DNA from: Klebsormidium nitens
Lineage: Eukaryota; Plantae; Klebsormidiophyceae
NCBI GenBank assembly: GCA_000708835.1
Contig: DF237050.1
Location: 57,919-121,918, forward strand
Direction: 5' to 3'
Length of the DNA: 64,000 nt
The notes beneath the pieces are model-generated. The model searched no databases and was not told where the DNA came from. It saw nothing but the letters and a program-made list of their open reading frames with translations. A program made the translations under genes and the position numbers. Below, piece after piece: positions 1 to 10,132 of this stretch (its first letter is position 1; each line of letters opens with the position of its first letter).

Positions 1-19
1 GCCAGTGTAGCCCGAGTGG

Positions 20-103
20 CTGTTAGAAGTATTTGCGCACTGCCACTCGGGCTACACTGGCGCCAGTGTAGCCCGAGTGGCAGTGCGCAAATACTTCTAA
101 CAG
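20..103. repeat. Perfect 84-bp spacerless palindrome (42+42 bp), plus a third 20-bp arm at 1-20
   Basis: 62-103 (gccagtgtagcccgagtggcagtgcgcaaatacttctaacag) is the exact reverse complement of 20-61. Positions 1-20 are a direct copy of 62-81. Confidence 0.95.
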
Positions 104-3100
104 GCTTTCCCGTGGGCAGTCGACGGTACGAGTTTTTGGCATTCTCGACGAGCCAGGTGCGCGAGCAGGCGGTGTGGTTTTATGCACCCGAGGAGGAGGA
201 GACGGCGGATGGCGTGAGAAAGAGACTGGGGCAGTTTGAGGGTATCAACAATGTCGGTGAGTCAGCGAAGGAAAGATTTTGATGCTAAAACTTCTTCTCG
301 CTATCCTTGAATCGACTGCCGTTAAAGTATCTTGAAATTACTGAGAAACTCTGTCAAATCTAGTAAAATGAAAGGATGCACGCAACTGCGCTTCATCGAA
401 ATTATCCAGCGTGCCATCCCCCAGAGTCTGCAACTATACTTCATCAAGATACAATCTGACGACCTGATTACGACCATTCCGTAAGACCCTGGTCATGAGC
501 AATTATGAAGGATCCTGTCCGCATTCACACCCATGACAAAAAGAGATATTGAAGCTCTATTCTTTTCGGCATACTGATCATCCAATTCTCGCAGAATTTT
601 TTTTCTTGAGGGGACCGCTGCACTTGATTCCTCCTAATTTACAATCTCTCAACCACGTTTAAACTCGTCTTCCAGCCAAGAATGGGTCAGTGCTTCTCCG
701 ACACGCGCGCCACGGTCGACTTCCACCAGGAAGAGCGGATTCCGGACATCCAGCGGAACGGGTGCTGTTTCTCAGACGGGATCGGCCGCGTATCACCGGA
801 CCTCGCGGACGACATGGCGCGCGCGCTGGGCCGTCCCACGCCATCCGCATTCCAGATACGCTATGGCGGGTACAAAGGGGTTATTGCTGTATATCCCCCC
901 TGGGCAGGCCAAAAGCGGCTGGGCCTGCGCAAGAGCATGGAGAAATTCAAGAGCGCGGACAAGAACCTGGAAGTCATAACCTGGTCGCGTTTCCTGCCCG
1001 CGTTTCTCAACCGCCAGATCATCACCCTGCTCTCGACACTAGGCGTGCCGACCTCTCTCTTCCAGCAGCTGCAAGAAGACATGGTGTCAAAGCTGGGGGC
1101 GATGATGGAAAGCCGGGCGGCAGCCCTCCGGTTGCTGTGCGCCACGTGTCCCGGGGACGGCCAGTGGACGGCCAAGATGATGCTGGAGGCGGGCTTCGAC
1201 CCGCGCGGGGAGCCACACCTGTGCGCGATGCTGCGCGCGATTCAGGCGGACCAGCTGCGCGAGCTGAGGACGCGCGCGCGCATCTTCGTGCCCAGAGGGG
1301 CGTGCCTTCTAGGTGAGCCATCTGGCACTGTTTTGGTTGCAATGCATTACAGTCAGTTAACGTCAGTTAACGTCATATAACGTCAGATAACGTCATAAAT
1401 GCGAAACGCTCTCAAGATGTTCGTCAGACAAGATACAACGGTCTCTCCAAAAGAATAAACTTCTAAGAGAGGGTTTTGAATGCCTTCAAGTTCTCGCTGT
1501 GCTCTGGGTGAGAGCAGTACATCAGAGACCGGTTCCCAATCTCTCAGAGGCTTTGAATATCTGCGTCAGAACCCGGGTAGTTTAGAGATGTCGCCCTTAA
1601 AATCAAATTTCTCATCTTGGAAAGCTTGCAAAATGGTCCAGAAAGGTCTCGGAATGGCAATGTGTTCTGATAACGGCAGCAAGCCAGATTCAGGGATGTG
1701 ACCTTTGCGTGTTCTGGCAGGGTGCTTAGACGAAGACGGCGTGTTGGAAGAAGACAAAGTGTTCGTACAGCTCAGATGGCCGGAAGAAGGCGACGGGCTG
1801 GCGGGACATGTACCCACGTGGGTCAGAACGTCGAAGGGCTCGATCGCACCAAAGGTATGACGTCAGAAAGCCATAATATAAACGCTCTAATACGATCCTG
1901 TGTCTGTTCTAGATAGAAAGGTTTATCGAGGGAGGTTGATTAGTTGCGATTTCTGTAGGGTGTGGATCTGACAGTGATTTATATGCTTAGTCCTAGCGTG
2001 TCTTGGCAATCAAGCTTAAAACCCAGACTCTCAAACAATATGTTGTCTGCTAACCGATTCAATATCAACTTGGCCACAATTCTCGGAAAGAAATCGAGGC
2101 GGATCAAAGATGGCTTATATTTCTCGTCTTTCTTGACAATTTCAGTTCACGAAGTTGACGCCGCTTACGTGTGTGCAGGTTCTCACAGGCGAGGTCACAG
2201 TAGTAAAGAATCCGTGCCTGTGGCCGGGGGACGTGCGCAAGCTGACAGCTGTCGACCGGCCCCAACTGCGCCATCACATGAACACCGTCGTCTTCTCACA
2301 GAAGGTGATCTCACGACTTCAGCTGCCTGAGATCAGCTTCTTTCTTTCTTGAGAAGAGAAGATTGGGAGGGGTCAGCACGTTGTAACAGACCTGAAAGAA
2401 TGTTTATTGGTGTGAATTATTTCTGCTCCCAAGCTGAACCGTGTCCCTTCTTGAAAGTTGTAGCAAAAACATCCGTCATGTTCTTTCTCAAACGTGCACG
2501 CCATGATATGGAAACCGCTTCGCACTTACACCACTTCTTCCCGAGAGCGAAGGTAAGTTTCCCGGCAGGGCCCAAAAACGGTGTACGAACACTGTTTTCC
2601 AAGAAAAGCTGCGGGCACTTTACTGTGTCCAGTCCTTTGTTGTTCAGAGCTTCCCAGATCCTTCCACCCGCTCCAGAGTTTGAGCTTTTCACGGCAGGGT
2701 GCTCGCCCGACCCCCAGCCTGCTGTCGGACGGCGATCTGGACGGCGACAAGTTCTTTGTCTTCTGGGAGCCTGCGCTCGTGTTCCCGGGGGAGAACTGGC
2801 AGGCCCTGGACTCGCCCTGGACTACCGACCGCAACCACCCACCGTCAAAGACAAGGTGTCCGTCGAAGTAAGCTTCTGACCCGCCTCTGCAATCAAGCAA
2901 ATCTCAGACGGGAGCGGCTAAGGAACTGCATATAGTAGAAAAGACTAGTCTATGTAACTTTGTGGACCCCAATGAAAGTATCTGCTTCGTAAGGAGGCTC
3001 GGTGTTTCCTGGTCTTACAATCTGCCTGCAAGGAAGAAGCGTCGCAATAAGTCCTCGAGAGCGGGCCAGGCGATTATGAGGATTCTGTGAAGAAGAGACG

Positions 3101-4222
3101 AGAAGGCTCTCACTTTGGTTTGGCGAGCGCTGCGCAATAGGTGCTGTTTTCAGGCTGTCGAAGCAGTAGCCTCTGCTTGCTTTTTGAAGTCCTTGGATCG
3201 ATCTGTCGGGGGAGGCGATGAGTTCTTCTGTTGCGACTTCCTCTCTTCAAAGAAAGCTCAAAAAATCTCGGACATCTCTCTTCGATATGTTCGACTACTT
3301 CTTCTCTCAAGAGTACCAAGTTACAAAACTCCTGACCAATCATTGTTCCGGCTCGCTTTGACCCCTTTGAAACCGGGTACAAAGCATCTGCTCTTTTTGC
3401 CATCCCCCGCAGGACATCCAGCACTTCTTTTTGGAGTACCTAGTCAACGACAGCTTGGGCCTCATCTGCAACGCCCACGTGGTAATCGCCGACCGAGACC
3501 CCCGGGGCGCAGCGTCCGACCAGTGCCGCCAGCTGGCAGCCCTGGCGTGTACAGCTGTCGACTACCCCAAGACAGGGCACCCGGCCGTCTTGCCGCGGGA
3601 GCTGCGATCGGTACAGTACCCCGTCTTCATGGAGAAGGAAGATAAGCCCGTGTATCAATCGCAGAGCGTCCTGGGTCAGCTGTACCGGGCAGTGAAGGAG
3701 AGAACGGCGGGGGGAGGTCTAGAGCTTTCCGGTCCGAGCGCGGGAGAACTGGTGTTGGACGGAGATCTAGAGGTTCCGGGGTTCAAGGAGCACTTGGACG
3801 AAGCGTGGATTGCCAAGGGCTTTTACGACCAGGAGCTGACTGAGAGCATGCACAAGTATCGGATCGAAAGCGAGGTCCAGGTGGTGACGGGCTGCATCGG
3901 TTCGATGTCGACGTTCCACCGAGTGAAGCCCATCAAGATCAAGGAAAGGATCCGGGAAGCATTTGGTGCCGTCACTAAGAAGGCGCGGGAGGTTTTCGAG
4001 TACGGTCTCGGGGTAGTGGACCGAGAGGAGCCCCGCCCGGAAGAGAGAATAAGAGATGAGGAGCGGGTGGCGAAAGCGTATGCGTATTACTACGTGACGT
4101 ACAGCCGGGATTGGCGGGAGCGGAAGATTGCGGAGGGGGAGGTCGAAGAGTCGGACAGTGTTCTGCTGAGCTTTCCTTGGGTTGTGGCCGATGTGCTGGG
4201 AAGCCTGAAAGCTCGAAAGTAG
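84..4222 (+). CDS. RDR: RNA-dependent RNA polymerase, eukaryotic RDR-alpha (RDR1/2/6-like), 5'-partial; two frameshifts as written (possible pseudogene or assembly error)
   Basis: Exons at about 84/104-256, 676-1312, 1721-1854, 2179-2304, 2698-2867 and 3413-4222, with GT/AG ends. Motifs: RRYEFLAFSTSQVR, RMGQCFS, SAFQIRYGGYKGV, FLNRQIITLLS, GCLDEDG, KNPCLWPGD, DGDLDGD, NDSLGLICNAH, AVDYPKTG, LSFPW. Confidence 0.93.
1351..1398. repeat. 10-bp tandem repeat, about 5 copies (cgtcagttaa), in an RDR intron
   Basis: agtcagttaa cgtcagttaa cgtcatataa cgtcagataa cgtcataa. Confidence 0.9.
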
Positions 4223-5469
4223 GCAGATCAGCCCCAGATCAGAAGAAAAAGCCGCTTCCGGGTTAACTTGTGGGTAACAGCTTGAAGGGCGAGCCGATTG
4301 AGGGGTCGACAGGGTAAGCGGGTTCAGTGGGGTTATCGTGAGCGAAATCTTCTTGGAGTCAAGCGGGCTAGGAAAGACGTCGATCGGCTGCCTAAGCATG
4401 ACGAGTAACTCAACAATGATACACTGGTCACACCGTAGGAAAGCCTTTTCAGGCCGAGGACTTGAGTCTGGATCAGAACATGTGCACACGGCCATCTTTT
4501 TATGATTACCTGCAAGGTAGTCAAGCGCACCTATAAAAGCTGCTCGATCGTTCATCTGACAACATGAATCAGTCAGAGCATAGAAAACGACCTGTTGTAA
4601 CAAGGAGCATAAAACAGAAGCACAGGCCCAAGTGTACGTGCAGTAGTAAAAAGATATTGCGATATTGCTGTACAGATCTCCCACATTTGTTCAGCAGGCC
4701 CCTGACCGGATTAGTAACACATCTACATGGCATGGACAGACGTCGTGCGTACATGATGCATGTCATGCGGACGCTGCATATAGACAGCATGATGCACAGC
4801 ATAAGTGTGTTGCATACCGTGCTATATCAGCAACAGGCGGAGCTGCCGCAGCGCGGAGGCCCGGGTTGCACGCTCTCATGTCGTCACATGTACACCGGTG
4901 GCCGCCCGTTTCTTTACAATAATATGCACGCCGGTTGGAGTCTGCCACCATATGAGAGAGGGAGTCATTGGCATAGCTGATGGATTCTGTGACCCTCTCT
5001 AGGTCATGATGCATTCACTCGGGCGCAATCGAACATGTCGCTGTAAGCTAGTACGATTCGTTTGAAAGAAGTGCGTGTATATTTGACTTAAGGTCTGACT
5101 CTTGCGGCGGGACCGTTCTTCTGCAATGCAGCTGAGCCTATAATATTTGCAACAAGTCCTGGAAGTCTTGACTTTCGGCACACACTGTACATGCTCAAGC
5201 TCACTTGGAACTTGGACGCCAAAACTTGATTCTTGAACTATTTTGGCCTCGCACAGATGTTAATATTTTACAGACTGCTTCACAATCTTCGACTACGAAG
5301 CGACATATATGTCATTGCTACAGCCATCATTGTGTGGCAAAACACTCGAGCTGCCCGGCACCTACACATGGTTGTTTCCAAAAAGCAGCGGCAAGCCAAG
5401 TAAGAACAGAGCCAAGAGGTCAGTATCGGCATGTCTCCGTCAGCTCTGAACAAAAGTCTGGTCGCTCAG

Positions 5470-7068
5470 CTAGTGCGAGGATGTGAAGTATCCTGCCATA
5501 ACGGGCGCCGCAACCGCGCTGGACATGAGGAAGCTGCTCATTTTGAACTGTCTGCGATCGTCGGTGGAGGGGATGTCGAGGACCGCGGTCGGACGCTGAC
5601 GGAAGAGCACGAAAGCGTAGCGGTGCGGCAGGTCGCCTTTGGGCTGGATGGGCTCATAGGAGGCGACCACTTTGCCAACCTTTGCCGGATCTGAAAGCAA
5701 GGTCAGTGAGTAGGCAATTAGTTTGTGATGACTTGGATGAAACATAGCGTGGATGAAACATAGGTGACAATATAATACTGGAATCGGGTACACGCAGGGA
5801 CAAAAAGAGTACGAAGAAGCTTTGCACATTAGGCGAAGCAACTGATGACGCAACCTCAGACGAGGAGAAGATTTTCCGAGTACTATGCAAGGAACAGATA
5901 TGCCTTCTCAAAGTATATTTCATGGCAATCCCTATTTCCATCTCAAAGGCCAATCTCGCATGTCTTATGATGATTTCCCTGCTTTCAACGAGCCTGATGG
6001 AACGGGCGACTTCTCACCCATCAGAGCTGCGTCGCTGGTCGCTTGGGGCCCCGGGATGTTGGTCACGAGCCAGTGCAGGTATTCGCCGTTCCCCGGGTTG
6101 GTCGGGTCGGGGGAGTCCAGGTCGACGAGCACCACAGTGTACAGGTGGGACTGCGCCTCGACGAAGTTCTCGTGGATGCTCAGCATGGGGGAGGACTTGA
6201 GATCAGCGGAGGCGTACCTCTCGCCGTTCTCGATCTGTAGAGTGAAACGCAAAGACTCCATCAATGCTTTGGCCATCAATGTATCGACACACTTTTCATG
6301 GATGCTCGTGAATATAACACAACGACTCCATCCGTTGTTTGATCACCATACAAAATTTTGTAGTATTCTATATATGAGAGGAAGAATTTCTATTTCCTTT
6401 CGAAGCTCAATCTGCGGTTGAACCATCGAGACATCGGTTCCCTCTTTGCTTTCCGTTCGTTTGTGGGGTTTGAAAGTCACCAACGAACGGAACTCTGTTT
6501 GTTTTCTGTTTCTCGGCGGATGTTTGCATTTCTGTGGTTTGTCATCCTCCATCTGTTGATAAACTGTGACAAACTGACGTCCTCTTTTCGGTCTGCGGAC
6601 TGGTCAGCATCCCAAGATTGAACCTCCTCGGCACAGGAAAAAATCAGCTAGGGTCTTCAGCGACGAGGCTTTCAGAGAATATCTGACAGAACGACCATTT
6701 CACAGGACTCAACTTTCTTGCATGCTCCTCGACGCTAGTCAATCAAGAACTCAGAAGCTCACTTTATTCTTCGTCAGCATCTCACAGGTGCTCTCAAGCG
6801 CCGACAAGATCTTGATTGCAGGATATCATCCCATATGCAAACCAAATGGGAAGTTCCTGCTGGCCACTTTTACCTGCAAGGTTCCCTTGTCTGTTCCAAA
6901 GACCAGATTCAGTTGTGCGCTCGGGTTGAACGTGTCCAAGACGTCTGGAACGATTCCTGCCGCTTCCAGTTCGCTCATCAACGTTGGAGAGGCAGTTGTG
7001 CTGGCGAACGGTGTTGACGGAGCTGCCGGAACGACGGAAGCAACTTGAGTTGCGATCGGTGGCAACAT
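5470..7068 (-). CDS. Phosphatidylethanolamine-binding protein (PEBP) family; 3 exons; start codon uncertain
   Basis: Exons about 7068-6874, 6234-6018 and 5690-5470, with compatible phases. Motifs: GIVPDVLDTF, YTVVLVDLDSP, EYLHWLVTNIPG, HRYAFVLFRQ. Confidence 0.9.
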
Positions 7069-8350
7069 GGTTTGGCAAAACCTCTCAGCATAGAGAAACA
7101 ACTTTTTCAGGTAATAGTGAAGAGCACACGCACACCTTTTAAATGCTTGGGCAAAGAATGTTTCCCTGACTTAACTGGATAGAGTGTGGGCAGCATTTGA
7201 GTACAGACGCCTCCAACCAAATTTGCTGCTGAGGCGATTATCAGAGGACTGGTGCCAGTTGAGAATGGAGCATGTACCAGACCTAAGGGCAAATAGAAAG
7301 GCTCTGTGAAGCACACGAACTAGTCTTCATGTTGCTTCATGTGGCGGGACAACTTTTTAGTCCAGATATTTGCACAGCCAAATAAGAAGATCTTTTCCTG
7401 GATCATTCCTAAACAGCCGAGAGAGAAATACCCCAACCTCATCAACTGAGCCTTAATGTGATGCTGGCCGTCACTTCAACGAAGATCCACATAAGTTTGT
7501 AATGCACATATTGACGCTCTCAGGTTGTTGGTGTTTCCAATTGAGCAACCATGCCAAAAGTTAAGTGCACAGACCTGGTTGGTCAGTCTGACTGGATTCC
7601 TCTACTTGAGTCCGCGGACCAGCGCTTGTTGCAGTTCCTCCTGCGAGAATCATCTTGCACATTATGATGAAGTCCAATTCACACAGAATTGATGGAAACT
7701 CCACCTATGTCAGCTTCTGATTACACGAGTAGCTGCAGGCTGCGCTGAATATCCAGCATCTATGAAGGCCAGCGACCGCCTGCAAAACCGAAGCCACCGT
7801 CCGTAGCCAAATGGAACTGGAATTCAGACCATTGCTCCTGTCCAAAAGTTCTATATTACGATTTTGCACATGAATCTACTTCTTGCACGACCTCCTCTTC
7901 TATCAGAAAGTTCAAGCTAACTCATGCCAAATAGCGAGCAAAGCTAGATCAGGAAATGTAGAATCCAAAGTGGTCAACATTTGCAACTCACCCTGCGTTG
8001 ATGCAGCCGTCTGTTCTTCAATTCTCCCCTGTGTGGAAGCTTCTTCCCCTGCCATCTCTGACTTTTCTCCTCCCGGGTGAGCCATTGGCACAGTTTGCAG
8101 CTGCAAATGATGATTTTTTCAAGTTGCTCCTTCTCAGATGACTTGCGCTCTTCTAGATTGCAGCTCACGTTCGGAGGTGATGGTCACAATGTGTCAACAC
8201 AAAGCAGGGCGCTGCAGCATCTGTGCCTTCGCTTCCAAAGCAACTTCCTTCTTCTGAAGTCTGCTCAGACTGCTGCATTGGACACCAGTTCTGCGCTCCA
8301 AGCAAGCGGCGCCAGGGTTTCCCACAGCCGGCAGCTACACTTGGACCTGG

Positions 8351-8506
8351 CCGGCCGAGAAGAGACCCCGGCCGGTGCCGAAGGCACCCTGCCGGCTGGT
8401 CAGCCGGCAGAAAATGCAGGCAAAAAGTGGGCTCAGCCGGCCGGTAAACCAAATGCTGGCTACCGAGCCGGCAGAACCGGGGGCGCGCCGGCAGCTGGCC
8501 GGCCGG
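8351..8506. repeat. CCGG-dense GC-rich patch (12 CCGG in ~156 bp)
   Basis: CCGG counted directly at 8351, 8368, 8372, 8392, 8404, 8437, 8441, 8468, 8477, 8488, 8499 and 8503. Confidence 0.8.
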
Positions 8507-8740
8507 GACAAAAGTCCGTGGGAAACCCTGAGCGGCGCCCATCATCATGGTTGCATGCGCGGTGCGGGCGCCATGCCAAGTCATCAACCGTGCGTCACCT
8601 TGCTGGCGTCATCCGCCGACCAGTCCAAAACCCCGAACCTTCTGAGTCAAGTTTCGGACGGCGCACGACCGCCCGCGGCCCGCGACCATTTATAGCGCTT
8701 GACTCGATCTGAGGTGACTCGGATGCGACCGGCCGTCCAT

Positions 8741-9338
8741 GGCATCGTGTCAAAACATATGTGCAGTGGCGTCCGGACCTCCGCGCTTTTCTGAATTTCC
8801 TTGGTGGGGCCAGTGGCCGGTTCTCGGAGCTCCGTGGCGAAGAGTCGAGGGGGCTGGTGGCCGGTGCCCGGTTGACGGACCACTTTCACAGCATTTTATA
8901 AGTCACATTTCTGAAATAGTCCGCCTATATAGATAATGGACTTCGTATACATGTACCTACCCTCGCCTGCCCCCTGCAAGAAGCCAGGCCACACCAACCG
9001 ACCGGTCGAGTCGAAGACAATGGTCAAACGGGTTTTGTCAAAAATGACAATGGCCCAGACGCATATAGCAGGATTATCGCCTTATACAGCTTCAAATTGG
9101 CTCCTATGGGCCTCGGGCCTGTTCCTATTGAAATGCATCTAACCTAGTTATGCTTTAAACATATTTTGCAGACCACATCCTCCTATCTGAATCTGATTTC
9201 GACTTATGTTCTGTCGGGGCCCATGGGCACCCCTGGTGGCCGGTGTTTTTTGAGTCAATTTCTGGCCGTACCCCCCTGGTGGCCGGTTCTTTTTTCGGAG
9301 GTCCGGACGCACTTGCACAAGTGTTTTGACACGATGCC
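8741..9338. mobile_element. Putative non-autonomous DNA transposon (MITE), ~598 bp, possibly PIF/Harbinger-like
   Basis: 43-bp terminal inverted repeats at 8741-8783 and 9296-9338, 38/43 identical, starting GGCATCGTGTCAAAAC. Flanked by a CAT direct repeat (8738-8740 and 9339-9341). Four subterminal (c/ca)tggtggccggt-like motifs at about 8811, 8854, 9233 and 9276. No credible ORF. Confidence 0.7.
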
Positions 9339-10132
9339 CATACATCCGAACGTATCACTGGCACATGAGGCGGTCAGCATACCTCTATAGAAATCTTTCG
9401 TCCGACAGCTGCTGCAAATCACCCGTCCTTGAGCGGGCGCCGCGTAAGGTGGGCCATAGAAAATGCAGCCCCTCCCGTTGCGCAACAGCGAGCGCCTTCA
9501 TGCTCATGATTGTGAAACAGCGATGTTCCGTGCTCGTGGTCACACCGGCCCGCAGGCTGGTATGCAGCACACGAAGATGCATGAAGAGAGCTGCCTCTTG
9601 GTCTGAGAGCTTGCACTTGAGATCCGTTAATTCATTGACCCGAGCTGGCTATACTTATGCAGAACAGTGTCTACAATCTACCATGTGATGATGAATGCTG
9701 GAGACCTTGGACCTTGGAGACCGTCTATCTTCATATGATAGACGCACTACAAGCGGCAACCGTCACGCACATATGACAGAATCACATAAAGAGACCAAGA
9801 TTGTAGGATAGAAACAGTATGTGCGCAATCCCCGCCTAAGGACAATACTGTGGAGATCGCATTCAATGATTGCAATCACTCGACACATTTCACTTCATAG
9901 TCGCTATTGGATCTTAGCCTCGGGCTTGGGGTATGAATGATGAAAGGTTACCATCAGCAATTGGATCCAGAGCAGCCAACCTTTGAAGGCGTGGTTTGGT
10001 TGCAGAGCTACCAGATGAAGTGCTGACAACTGCCTTTCGTGTCAATGGGTTTGCTCGAGGAGACGCAAGCTGCAACATATGAAGAGCCCCCCATTCCAGT
10101 TTATGATAAACGTCATCGCGGACTAGACGAGG

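Noticed and set aside
690-1316. 208-aa alternative-frame ORF treated as an independent overlapping gene
   Set aside because: It is the shifted frame of a GC3-rich RDR exon with no start context or recognisable domain. It matters only as part of the compensated-frameshift finding.
4564-5014. Several overlapping 65-138 aa ORFs downstream of RDR
   Set aside because: No motifs, no coding-like codon bias, and they occur on both strands; consistent with chance.
7300-8330. Short minus-strand ORFs (e.g. 7912-8106 with an ASTQG repeat)
   Set aside because: Could not be chained into a spliced gene or matched to a family. Possibly decayed sequence, but unsupported.
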